A stretch of 64,000 bases of DNA, taken from IMG/VR virus record IMGVR_UViG_3300023707_000001. The stretch is one strand, 5' to 3'. Below, piece by piece: positions 48,958 to 58,262 of the stretch. The first letter of the stretch is position 1, and every line of letters starts with the position of its first letter. Source of the DNA: a virus (lineage: Duplodnaviria; Heunggongvirae; Uroviricota; Caudoviricetes). A program made the translations under genes and the position numbers. A model generated the notes under the pieces. That model worked only from the letters and a program-made list of their open reading frames with translations, was not told the origin of the DNA and made no database searches.

Positions 48958-50298
48958 CGTCCTGGCCCGATGGGCGCAGGCTCACATAAGCAGTACGCTG
49001 AGTGGAAAAAAGACCCATCAAAACGTGAAGAATATCTGCCGAATATCGAAAACATCTTGGAGAGAACCTCTGGCGTAATCTGTTATCAGGAACAGCTCAT
49101 GCTTATCTCCAAACAGGTTTCCGGGTTTAATGACGGTCAGGCAGACTCTATTACGCGTAAGGTTACGGCAAAGAAAAAACTCGATATGATGCCGATGATG
49201 CGTCGCTGCCATATTTACGGCAAAAAGAACTGTGAAGGTCCAGAAGGATGGGAAAACGACAATAATGCTCCGTGGTATGACCCGGATGGGCATTATGGCC
49301 CGGAAATTCCCGGCGCAATCGCAAATGGTTATACGGCAGAACAGATGGACAACTACTTTGCGAAAATCCAGAAATTTGCCGAATATGCGTTCAACCAGTC
49401 TCACTCTGCCTGCTACGCATATATTTCTCTTCTTAGTGCTTATCTGAAATCACATTATCCGTCCCAGTTTATGGCCTCTGTAATTTCCATGGCACAGACG
49501 GATGAAAAGAAAGAAAAATACATGAAGGCCTGTGAAGACCTCGGCATTAAAATCACGCCGCCGAATGCAAATCTTTCCAAAGAAGGTTTTACGGCAACGA
49601 GCGACACAACCATTTCTTATGGTCTTTCCTCTATTAAGGGAATCAAGCAGACGGCAGATATTATTGCCAATGCGCCTTATAAAGACCTTGAGGATGCATA
49701 TAACCGCATTCCAAAGAAATCCTTTAATAAGAGAGTAGCGGAAGGACTCATTAAAGCAGGCGCTTTTGATTTCGTCAATCCGAACCGCAAGGAACTGCTA
49801 AACGCATATATCACGCTTACCAATGAGGGAAAGACGAAGAGTCAGCAGCGTGAACTTTTAGAGAACACAACCTATGACCGTCTGGAATGCATGCAGATGG
49901 AAGTGGAAACCCTTGGCCGCTCCATTACTTACGAACCGGCATGGAAAGGTGCCCTTGCAGGCGAACCGCTTGAAGGCAATTGCACGCTTAAGGGAATCAA
50001 ACACCACATTGCAAAAACCAGCGGTAAACGCATGGCCATGCTTACGGTCGTAAATGAAACTTACGCTATTGAAGCACTTCTCTTCCCGCGCGAGTATCCT
50101 AAATACATGAACCTCCTGAAAAGCTATGAAGATGGCCAGTTGGTTTACATTAAGGGAGTCATGGACAAGGAAGGCAAGAAACTTATCATAAACAGCATCA
50201 GCGCACCGCAGATTGAAAATGAAGAGCCGGAAAAAGCAGTGAATACGGCTGGCATGCCGGAATTTAACTTTGACCCGTTTGGCTTCAGCGCTGCGTAA
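48958..50298 (+). CDS. dnaE: dnaE exon 3 (fingers, HhH, OB)
   Basis: RPGPM, GVICYQEQLM, FAEYAFNQSHSACYA, LSSIKGI, LIKAGAFD. Confidence 0.95.
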   Translation, partial: RPGPMGAGSHKQYAEWKKDPSKREEYLPNIENILERTSGVICYQEQLMLISKQVSGFNDGQADSITRKVTAKKKLDMMPMMRRCHIYGKKNCEGPEGWENDNNAPWYDPDGHYGPEIPGAIANGYTAEQMDNYFAKIQKFAEYAFNQSHSACYAYISLLSAYLKSHYPSQFMASVISMAQTDEKKEKYMKACEDLGIKITPPNANLSKEGFTATSDTTISYGLSSIKGIKQTADIIANAPYKDLEDAYNRIPKKSFNKRVAEGLIKAGAFDFVNPNRKELLNAYITLTNEGKTKSQQRELLENTTYDRLECMQMEVETLGRSITYEPAWKGALAGEPLEGNCTLKGIKHHIAKTSGKRMAMLTVVNETYAIEALLFPREYPKYMNLLKSYEDGQLVYIKGVMDKEGKKLIINSISAPQIENEEPEKAVNTAGMPEFNFDPFGFSAA

Positions 50299-50368
50299 TA
50301 ACCTAAAAGGCAGGTAATATAGGAATCGTACCAGTCAAGTTAACTATCGAGCAGAAAGGAAAGAATGC

Positions 50369-50650
50369 ATGATGGAAAAACCCGATCAGGTAACGATTCA
50401 GAAATCTATTGAGGCTTCCCTGAAGGTGCTGGAAACCATTGGTGACCCGACCGTAGTCAATGAAGCCAAAAAGATTGAAGAAAATGTAGGCAAGATGGTT
50501 CAGATTAACCGTCCCATGGTTGAAGCTTACGCTGCAGAGCTGAAAGCTTTTGACCAGGGTTTGGTTGCCAAGTACGGCATGAAGGTTGCCCGCGTCATCG
50601 AGGGCGTTATCCTCGTAGCGCTGGCAGTAAAGACCTTCTATCTGGGGTAA
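50369..50650 (+). CDS. Small protein with C-terminal TM segment
   Basis: AAGGA RBS; hydrophobic C-terminus; terminator follows at 50661-50690. Confidence 0.55.
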   Translation: MMEKPDQVTIQKSIEASLKVLETIGDPTVVNEAKKIEENVGKMVQINRPMVEAYAAELKAFDQGLVAKYGMKVARVIEGVILVALAVKTFYLG

Positions 50651-50716
50651 TTTGCCAAAAGAAAAAAGGCTGGAGCAATCCGGCCTTTTTCTTATTCTTA
50701 AAAAGGAGTCGGTAAG

Positions 50717-50932
50717 ATGCGGCCAACAATACTTAGTGATGACCCGTATATTGGAGAAAAGCGGGAGCTTATTGAAAAAATCCGCAACATCTGTCATGCG
50801 GGCGGAGATACAGGCAGAGCACTCTATGAGCAGATACCAGAGTTTGAACACAGTGAAGGGCCAAACGGAGAATGGATTTACCTGAAACCTGTTAAAGATG
50901 GCTTTTACGGATGGGCAATCCCGGAATGGTAA
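50717..50932 (+). CDS. Hypothetical protein
   Basis: AAGGAG RBS. Confidence 0.5.
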   Translation: MRPTILSDDPYIGEKRELIEKIRNICHAGGDTGRALYEQIPEFEHSEGPNGEWIYLKPVKDGFYGWAIPEW

Positions 50933-51141
50933 GAAAAGACACCGAAAGCGAATCAATTAAGACAAAATTTGATAAACGGCAGTAAAAGGTCCCTACTTTG
51001 GGGCTTTTTATTTTTGAAAAAAACTTTTTTGGAAATGTTTATATGACGAACACTATCTGTAATGTCGGGGTGGGATTGAGCAAAACAGTATACTTTTTTC
51101 TTTCCGCGCATCTTCACTTAAAGGAAAGAGGTGGCAAGGTT

Positions 51142-51405
51142 TTGTTTAAGCAACTTCTTAAAGCGCTTTTCTATGAAAATGGAGAAGCCAGTTTATCCAA
51201 GGTGCTTACTGCTCTGTATTTTTTGCTGTTTGCAGGGGTAAGCATCTATCTCGTAGCGTATGGCATTCATTGGCAGAGCTATGAGATTTTCTCAGCCTTT
51301 GCCGGCGGTGGTGGCGCTGTAGCACAGGTTTCGCATAAGTTTATTAACAGCAAATACAATTCGGTTCCGGGCGGCTTTGAAGCAAACCAAGTCGAACGGA
51401 AGTAA
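51142..51405 (+). CDS. Holin-like membrane protein (probable start TTG 51142)
   Basis: ENGEASLSKV followed by TM segments; GAGGT RBS; sits directly before an amidase-like gene. Confidence 0.5.
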   Translation: MFKQLLKALFYENGEASLSKVLTALYFLLFAGVSIYLVAYGIHWQSYEIFSAFAGGGGAVAQVSHKFINSKYNSVPGGFEANQVERK

Positions 51406-51407
51406 CC

Positions 51408-51821
51408 GTGAGGATTTTAAGTATGAGAACTGAATTTTGGAATGAGCTCGAAGAAATCGCGCTCGAAGCCAAGGAAGCTCTCTGGTGTCAGGCTGAAGTG
51501 GAAGACGTCGATATTACCATCAGCGTCTTCCGCCAAGCCACAATTTTCGAAGACTACCATATTGTCATCGACGAGTCGGGAAAACTTATAACTATCGATG
51601 AAAATTTCAAATACAGTGGTGCAGATATTCGCGTAGCGGTAATTTCCGACCGTGGCGAAATTAACGAAGACCAGGTGCAGACATTGGCCGGAGCATTGGC
51701 CGTATTGGTTGACGTGCTCGATATTGAATTCGACGATGAACACATTTTTCTTCCGGATTGCCTACCTGCAGATGATGTTATGACAAGTGCAGAGTGGTAT
51801 CTGGAAAATGGTTTTGAATAA
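51408..51821 (+). CDS. Degenerate N-acetylmuramoyl-L-alanine amidase-like protein
   Basis: DYHIVIDESG and EDQVQTLA..LAVL...LDI resemble Amidase_2; the Zn-ligand His motifs are absent. Confidence 0.45.
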   Translation: MRILSMRTEFWNELEEIALEAKEALWCQAEVEDVDITISVFRQATIFEDYHIVIDESGKLITIDENFKYSGADIRVAVISDRGEINEDQVQTLAGALAVLVDVLDIEFDDEHIFLPDCLPADDVMTSAEWYLENGFE

Positions 51822-51837
51822 AGCGGAGGATACCCAA

Positions 51838-52035
51838 ATGGCATTACAAACAATTGAAGTAGCCAGTGATCGCCCTGTCAGCTCCGTAGAGATGTCGAAA
51901 ATCCAGGACATCCTGGTAGAATCCAAATGTGAATACGAATCTCTGAAAAACTCCATTGATGGAGTCACCGGGTTTTATGACGGTGTAATTACAATCGGCA
52001 CCGGCATTGGCTACAAAGCCTATATCGAGATTTGA
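51838..52035 (+). CDS. Hypothetical protein
   Basis: GGAGG RBS before ATG 51838; terminator at 52045-52083. Confidence 0.5.
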   Translation: MALQTIEVASDRPVSSVEMSKIQDILVESKCEYESLKNSIDGVTGFYDGVITIGTGIGYKAYIEI

Positions 52036-52213
52036 GAGCAAAACAAAAAGAGCGGCAACCCGATTAAGGTGCCACTCTTTTTGTGTAGAGCTAAGTAGTT
52101 TAAGGAGGAAATAAACGCTTGTCTTAAAGACACTCGCACCCCTATATTACCCGTTTTTTGCTCTATGCTCCCAGTACACGATTGAATAAATTTTAGTTTT
52201 TGAGGTTTTAACG

Positions 52214-52714
52214 ATGGCTTTAAAAAGCATTTACAAGGAATTACTGGAGGCGGTAAGGCCTCCGCAGGATAGCGTGGAAGGTATGGAAATGTTCAGCTCC
52301 TTTATGGATGACATGGACGACGACATTATGTCCCGCTACGCTAAATCAGAAAGCAACCTTGCCTACCTGCCGATAAACAGACATTTTATCGAGCAGAATG
52401 GTTTAAGATTTGATATAAGCAGTATTAATTCCTGCGTCATAAAAGACAAGCTGCCCAAGAAAGTGCTGGACGAATATATCGACGGCAAGTATTTTAACGA
52501 TTATCCTATCGCTGTTTCATTCCTTATGCGGCGGGATGAGTACATCAATATGCAGCGGGAAACCATTTCCGATGGACTGTATAACATTTTGCGGTTCAGC
52601 CGCGGCATGTGTAACGTGTTCTCTCAGGGGCATATCGTATCAGTATATGGAGACTCGGATACGGTTACTGTAATCGCAGGCTTTAGTAAGGAAGGAGAAG
52701 AGTTTGATGACTGA
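52214..52714 (+). CDS. Hypothetical protein
   Basis: GAGGT RBS. Confidence 0.55.
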   Translation: MALKSIYKELLEAVRPPQDSVEGMEMFSSFMDDMDDDIMSRYAKSESNLAYLPINRHFIEQNGLRFDISSINSCVIKDKLPKKVLDEYIDGKYFNDYPIAVSFLMRRDEYINMQRETISDGLYNILRFSRGMCNVFSQGHIVSVYGDSDTVTVIAGFSKEGEEFDD

Positions 52715-52988
52715 CTTCATAAAACTTGCCCAGGAATTATCAACAGAAAATGACGGCGTCCTAAATGTCTTTGTCGTTCGTGATTTTGAATATAAACTTT
52801 TCGTAAACAACGAGAACTTTTCCGAAAAAGACCTGCTGCATATTGCGGCGGACGCAGTGTATGTAGATGGCGCAATGCCGCACTGGAAAATACCCATGCC
52901 AAAAAACGGCGAAAAAAAACTCATTTTGGAATCAAATTTATTTCTCCTCTGCTCGAAGGTGTTGGGGAAAACGAAAAATAAGGCGTAA
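52704..52988 (+). CDS. Hypothetical protein
   Basis: AAGGAG RBS; overlaps the upstream gene. Confidence 0.5.
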   Translation: MMTDFIKLAQELSTENDGVLNVFVVRDFEYKLFVNNENFSEKDLLHIAADAVYVDGAMPHWKIPMPKNGEKKLILESNLFLLCSKVLGKTKNKA

Positions 52989-53044
52989 TACCCGACTGTA
53001 GAGTAAAAAGTAGTAAGGCTGAAAGCCTTTGGAGGAAAAGACTT

Positions 53045-54238
53045 TTGGAAATCAAAAATGAGTATAACCAGTCTCTTGGTGAGACTTACGATGATTGGAA
53101 ATATCGAATAATCCTTGGCAAGAAAGATGGCCATGTGGATATGAGTTGGGATGAAATCATTAAGATGCTCGGCCTGACCTATTCCCGTGACTACCTGCGC
53201 AAGCTGTCCACAGGTATCGGCGAATATCGTGACTATCTGCGGACGCGTAATGAGGAAACACTTGAAAACGCTCCACAGTCTGCCATTGACGCTATTGACG
53301 ATAAAGAGTTCCAGCTCCGCCGTCAGAAGATGCGGATGCAGGACCAAAAGCGCGAGTTAAACAAAAAGCTGCGCGAATGGGCGCGGGCAGAACATATCCA
53401 GGAAGAATTCGTCAAGGCTATTAAAGAACTGCCGAAGCTTCCCCCGGTAAATCCGATTCACAAAGTCGATGGTGATAAAGAGGGCATTTTGATGCTTTCT
53501 GACTGGCATGCCGGCATGGTATCCAGCAACGCCTGTAACGTATTCAATACCCGTATTCTACAGGAACGCGTGAAGCGTTTGACGGAAAAGACGATTGAAG
53601 CTTGCCTTTGCCACGACATTGGCAAAGTTCATATATTCTGTCTGGGGGATATGGTAAACGGACTTATCCATGTAACCACACGCATTAACAACGAAGAAGA
53701 TGTCGTAAAACAGTCCATGCTGGTAGCCGAACTCATCTGCCAGATTATCCACGATGTATCGGAAGTGGCAGACGTTGAGCTTTATTGGAGCCGGGGAAAT
53801 CATGACCGGGTTACGGCAAATAAAAAAGAGTCTATTTGTGCAGAGAGCTTTGCCGATATGATTCTTTGGTATATCAAAGCACGTATGGAGGGCGCAAAAG
53901 GAATTGCGTTCCACGAAAATGAGGTAGACGATGAGATTATCGTGGCAGACATTATGGGCAACACTGTATTCGCTGCCCATGGCCATAAAGATAAACCGAC
54001 AAAGGCCGTGGAGTCCCTTTCGCTTCTTCTGAAGAAGTTTCCAGATATGGTGCTTCTTGGCCACTTCCATAGCGCTGCGGAGCGTGAGGTCCAGGGCGCC
54101 GAAGTGATTGTGAACGGTTCTTTATGCGGTACAGACTCCTACGCATTTAATTTGCGCAGAACGAGCCATCCCGTACAGAAGTTTTTGGTTATAAACGAAC
54201 AAGGGCGAGAATGTACATACAACATTCGTCTGGATTAA
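53045..54238 (+). CDS. Calcineurin-like metallophosphoesterase with N-terminal helical/coiled-coil domain
   Basis: LSDWHAG, LGDMVNG, RGNHDR, AHGH, GHFH. Confidence 0.88.
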   Translation: MEIKNEYNQSLGETYDDWKYRIILGKKDGHVDMSWDEIIKMLGLTYSRDYLRKLSTGIGEYRDYLRTRNEETLENAPQSAIDAIDDKEFQLRRQKMRMQDQKRELNKKLREWARAEHIQEEFVKAIKELPKLPPVNPIHKVDGDKEGILMLSDWHAGMVSSNACNVFNTRILQERVKRLTEKTIEACLCHDIGKVHIFCLGDMVNGLIHVTTRINNEEDVVKQSMLVAELICQIIHDVSEVADVELYWSRGNHDRVTANKKESICAESFADMILWYIKARMEGAKGIAFHENEVDDEIIVADIMGNTVFAAHGHKDKPTKAVESLSLLLKKFPDMVLLGHFHSAAEREVQGAEVIVNGSLCGTDSYAFNLRRTSHPVQKFLVINEQGRECTYNIRLD

Positions 54239-54386
54239 TATGTATGGAAAGGTGTTTTTCGCGGTAATATTGCCCATAGAAAAATAATAAACTATCCAGT
54301 AGATATATTATTATTTTGCTAACCCTAGTATAAGGAGAAGAGACGCCTTATCAAAGCACTCCAAAATAACACAAAGGTAAGGATGT

Positions 54387-54797
54387 GTGAATATGGAGCT
54401 TGAAGTTGTTGGTCAGGTGGTTGGCGTACTGGGATTCTTGGGCACCGTATTTGGCTTTCTTTTTAAGACATACGGGAAGATCCGCGACTATCTGAACACA
54501 CAAAAAACTTTTCATGAGCGAATGGAGGAAGAGTCCGCTGACATGAAACGTGTTATGACTGGTCTCCGAGAAGAAGTTATCAAGATACGGGAATCAGATG
54601 CCGTACAATCCGAAGGGCTGCAGTGCGTACTCCGTGAGCAGCTGCTGAAAAATATGGAGCCATGCCTGAAACATGGCGTAGCAGATGACCATACCCGTGA
54701 AAATGTTGAGCATATGTATGTTGCTTACAAAGCCCTCGGCGGCAACGGTATGATTGAAGCTATGTATAAACAGTTCGGAAAACTTCCACCGCTCTGA
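54387..54797 (+). CDS. Phage membrane protein, holin-associated type
   Basis: N-terminal TM, coiled coil, YKALGGNG motif. Confidence 0.6.
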   Translation: MNMELEVVGQVVGVLGFLGTVFGFLFKTYGKIRDYLNTQKTFHERMEEESADMKRVMTGLREEVIKIRESDAVQSEGLQCVLREQLLKNMEPCLKHGVADDHTRENVEHMYVAYKALGGNGMIEAMYKQFGKLPPL

Positions 54798-54853
54798 AAA
54801 GGTTAGCGCCCCTATTTGGGGCGCTGGAATTATCCATATGTTTTATAAGACGC

Positions 54854-54882
54854 AAAAGCCCTTTTCGGGGCTTTCTTTTTTT
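54854..54882 (+). terminator. Intrinsic terminator
   Basis: AAAAGCCCC-TTTTC-GGGGCTTTCTTTTTT. Confidence 0.75.
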
Positions 54883-54991
54883 GTCCGTAACCTTGTAAAT
54901 TTGGAGACTTGCCCCGTAATTAACGGTTGTAATGAGAATCATAAAATGCGCATAAGCTTAATCAATAAACAAAAGGGACGAGGGTATAAAC

Positions 54992-55324
54992 ATGTCAATG
55001 GCTAGTCTATTGCAGTTGAGAGAGGGCAAAGAACTTCTCGAACGACTGGCTAGTTTGGAAGAACAACTGGCAAAAAAACAAAATGGCATTGCGATGGCAA
55101 ACATGGGGGCAGTTGAACGCAACAAAAAATATGACAAAGGTGCAGTTGTGTTTAACGCAGATGAAGATATAGATTTTAGCTGGCTGCTTGAATGTGTAAC
55201 CCCCGGCACTACTGGCAGTATTGCAGTTAAAATTTCAGACGATGCAAAAAATGGCGACACGCTTACAGATGGGGAAGTCGTTTGGAAACTGGATGATTAT
55301 ATAGGGGCTCACAGAAAAGGCTAA
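54992..55324 (+). CDS. Paralog of 8723-9046
   Basis: GAVERNKKY...LECVTPGTTG...DGEVVWKL. Confidence 0.55.
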   Translation: MSMASLLQLREGKELLERLASLEEQLAKKQNGIAMANMGAVERNKKYDKGAVVFNADEDIDFSWLLECVTPGTTGSIAVKISDDAKNGDTLTDGEVVWKLDDYIGAHRKG

Positions 55325-55416
55325 AGCATTGCAGATAAAGGTGGCTTGTTGGGCATCATGCTTGTAAGGTCACCACAACAGAAATATTCAGAAAAAACAG
55401 AAGGGGACAACGATTT

Positions 55417-55626
55417 ATGACGCTCGCAAAGATGATAAAGAACGTTTATGAAAAACTCAATGCAAAATTTGACAAGCACGGCGGTAAGGTTGATGGAAAC
55501 GTAACAATCACAGGCACGCTGAATGTCGAAAATATTAACTGTCCGAATTTTAGTGCCGGCGGGAAGGGCCTCAAAGTAAAAAGCTATGACCCGGAAACCA
55601 TGACGCTTGAGCTGGAGGATGCATAA
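55417..55626 (+). CDS. Small fibre-like protein
   Basis: KFDKHGGKVDGNVTITGTLN motif typical of tail fibres. Confidence 0.5.
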   Translation: MTLAKMIKNVYEKLNAKFDKHGGKVDGNVTITGTLNVENINCPNFSAGGKGLKVKSYDPETMTLELEDA

Positions 55627-55627
55627 A

Positions 55628-56386
55628 ATGAAAGCCAGTGTAATCGTGCCGGTATATAATGTTGGAGGTTATTTGAGAAAATGTCTGGATAGTATACTGG
55701 CCCAGTCTTATAAAGATATGGAAATCGTTATTGTTGACGACTGCTCTACAGACAGCAGCGGCAAGATTTGCGACGAGTACGCAGCAAAAGACGAGAGAAT
55801 TACCCTGGTTCACCATCCCGAAAACCGCGGATTATCAGCCGCCCGCAATACAGGTTTGAACCTCGCAACCGGCGAGGTTTTCTTTTTTATCGACAGCGAC
55901 GACTGGATTGAAAAAGATATGGTGAAAACGGGTGTAGAAGAGCTTGAGCAAAATACCGATGTGGATATCGTATGCTTTAGCTATAACAGAATATATAAAA
56001 GCGGGAAAGCTTTTCCGTACTGCACATTCTTTAATAGCCGAAAGGTTGAACCAGAAAAAGCAATCGAAATGACAATCGATCAAATAATCAGTATTGATGT
56101 CTGGAACAAATGTTTCCGCAAGAGCCTGTTCGACAATTTGCGCTTCCCGGAGGGGCTTATCGGAGAATGCTGCGAAATTACATTCCAGCTCTTCGACAAA
56201 GCAAGGCTTGTTTTATTATCCACCTATATTGCTTACAACTTTGTGTTTGAGCGGGCGGACAGTATCCGTAACTCACAAAGTGATAAACTTGCACAGCATA
56301 CAAGCATATTGATGAAACGAGTAAGCAGTATGATTAAAGCAAAATATCCGAGAGTTTACAGACATATCGAGAAAGAGGGGCTATAA
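55628..56386 (+). CDS. Family 2 glycosyltransferase
   Basis: SVIVPVYNV, VDDCSTD, NRGLSAARNTG, FIDSDD, WNK. Confidence 0.92.
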   Translation: MKASVIVPVYNVGGYLRKCLDSILAQSYKDMEIVIVDDCSTDSSGKICDEYAAKDERITLVHHPENRGLSAARNTGLNLATGEVFFFIDSDDWIEKDMVKTGVEELEQNTDVDIVCFSYNRIYKSGKAFPYCTFFNSRKVEPEKAIEMTIDQIISIDVWNKCFRKSLFDNLRFPEGLIGECCEITFQLFDKARLVLLSTYIAYNFVFERADSIRNSQSDKLAQHTSILMKRVSSMIKAKYPRVYRHIEKEGL

Positions 56387-58101
56387 TGGCAAAAGGTGTT
56401 GGTACGGGAGATAGGTTTTTGCAAAGCGAAAGAAGCGGGTGGTATGCAATATGTACAGATATTTACGAGATAAAAAGTGCCCCAACGCTAGATGAGTTTA
56501 AAAGATTAAAAGAAATATGCTCAAAAGACCCGACCGCAACAAGAGTGAAGCTTCACGAAGCCGGGACGACAGTGGGGTGCTGTTATGGTACACAGCACTT
56601 AAGGAAGCTGGAGGATGGCGCAGATTATAGTGTCGGAGACATTGTGATTGTAGACAAAATCTACATAGCACAGTGCATAAAAGCTGGCAATATCGGCGTG
56701 GTTGACATGGATACATTTCGAGCTGGCAACAAAGAAAATAAAGTTGTCACTGCAACGCAAGGCGAAACGCAATGGAAGACCTATTTTACAAACGGGCGCT
56801 ATTCAATAGAGGAAACCATCCCTAAAACATGCAATATAAATTGGCTGTATTTAATCGAAACAAACAGCCAAGAAAAAATGTATGAAATCTATTATATTTC
56901 CCCTGCCCACTTGCCGGAATATAATACATGGGGCGGAATATTAAAGTGGGCAACAGATGGGCAAGCTGGAGAGTTTGATAGTGAGGTAAACCGGACAGGA
57001 GAAAAAACTGGAAGACATTACTCGGTTGCAGAAAATATGCTCGCTGAATATATAGAGACAATTGGGCTTACATACGAAGAATACTGTGACGATAAAGAAT
57101 GGACAAGTGAGGATGAAACCAGAAAGGAAGAACTCCAAGCCGAATTCAACGAGCTTGAAGAATGGGACCCCGCGTCAACGCCAATAATTTATGACGAGCT
57201 TGTACGGGGTATATATAAGTATGACGGAATCACATATCGTTATAATGGACGCGAGGGGATAAATCTATACTGCAATAATAAGGCGGTTATGTCGGTAAAA
57301 TATAACGGTGTAGTACTGAAAGACGTTGCGTTGCCAAAAACAGACATAACTTTTATACCAATAACTGACGACGAAATAAAAAACGGGGGCGATGAATACT
57401 GGGCTCCCTATCCAAACCTAAAAATGCGAACATACCCATTTAGCGCATTAGACTTTAAAAATGTAACATATATGGGGCACTTGTTCAGCGTGTACCCCTA
57501 CAAACAATACAGCTCAATAGACGTAACAGGATTGCGGACAAATAATGTTACAAGCATGTGTGGAATGTTTGAGTATTGTAGCGAGTTGAAAACGCTTGAT
57601 GCGTCAAATTTTCAAACGGAAAATGTTACCAACATGAATGAGATGTTTAGTGAATGTGGAGAATTAACATCTGTTAAAATACCATTGCAAATGGCAACAT
57701 TAGAGATGGATGATATGTTCTCATACTGCTCAAAGCTCGAAAAACTCACCCTTATGTGTCGCGACAAAGTAACCATCACAACAATGTTTTGTGCGTTTAA
57801 CTTCTGCCAGAGCTTAACGGAATTGGATTTTTCAAATCTTGACACAAGTAACTGTACAAATATGAAAAGGGCGTTCGAGCTCTGCAAAAGCCTTGTTTCA
57901 ATAAAAGGCGTATTCGACTTGAAGTCGGCGGCAGGAGTGGATAATTGGGGACGAAAAGGATACGCGGATATGTTTAGATACTGTACCAAACTCACCGGCG
58001 TACAAATCAAGAATCCGCCAGAAGGCTTTACTACACATGATGCAAAGACCGGTCTTAATCCTGCCGGCCTCCGTAAAGACCAATATGTCATTGTTCAATA
58101 A
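56386..58101 (+). CDS. BspA/DUF285-like leucine-rich-repeat protein
   Basis: Repeats such as TNNVTSMCGMFEYCSELKTLD and TENVTNMNEMFSECGEL. Confidence 0.8.
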   Translation: MAKGVGTGDRFLQSERSGWYAICTDIYEIKSAPTLDEFKRLKEICSKDPTATRVKLHEAGTTVGCCYGTQHLRKLEDGADYSVGDIVIVDKIYIAQCIKAGNIGVVDMDTFRAGNKENKVVTATQGETQWKTYFTNGRYSIEETIPKTCNINWLYLIETNSQEKMYEIYYISPAHLPEYNTWGGILKWATDGQAGEFDSEVNRTGEKTGRHYSVAENMLAEYIETIGLTYEEYCDDKEWTSEDETRKEELQAEFNELEEWDPASTPIIYDELVRGIYKYDGITYRYNGREGINLYCNNKAVMSVKYNGVVLKDVALPKTDITFIPITDDEIKNGGDEYWAPYPNLKMRTYPFSALDFKNVTYMGHLFSVYPYKQYSSIDVTGLRTNNVTSMCGMFEYCSELKTLDASNFQTENVTNMNEMFSECGELTSVKIPLQMATLEMDDMFSYCSKLEKLTLMCRDKVTITTMFCAFNFCQSLTELDFSNLDTSNCTNMKRAFELCKSLVSIKGVFDLKSAAGVDNWGRKGYADMFRYCTKLTGVQIKNPPEGFTTHDAKTGLNPAGLRKDQYVIVQ

Positions 58102-58177
58102 CACCTCTATAAAGAACCCTCTATTTTGGGAGGCCACTGAAAAACTTTCATTTATGAAAATCTGAAAGTTATCCACA

Positions 58178-58228
58178 AAAAAGAACCGTACTACTTGATA
58201 GGCATTATCAGGTGGTACGGTTCTTTTG
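58178..58228. terminator. Bidirectional terminator inside the IS left end
   Basis: AAAAGAACCGTAC...GTACGGTTCTTTT. Confidence 0.7.
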
Positions 58229-58262
58229 ATATATCCGCTTACAGACGGCATATTTATTGCTG

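Noticed and set aside
43317-50298. dnaE as a pseudogene, split gene or intein-containing gene
   Set aside because: Group I P1/P10/P7 elements and terminal Gs give an exact in-frame splice; there are no intein C/HN motifs
52090-52130. Strong AAGGAGG RBS with no gene behind it
   Set aside because: Leads only to TTG-TCT-TAA; possibly a deletion scar, but unsupported
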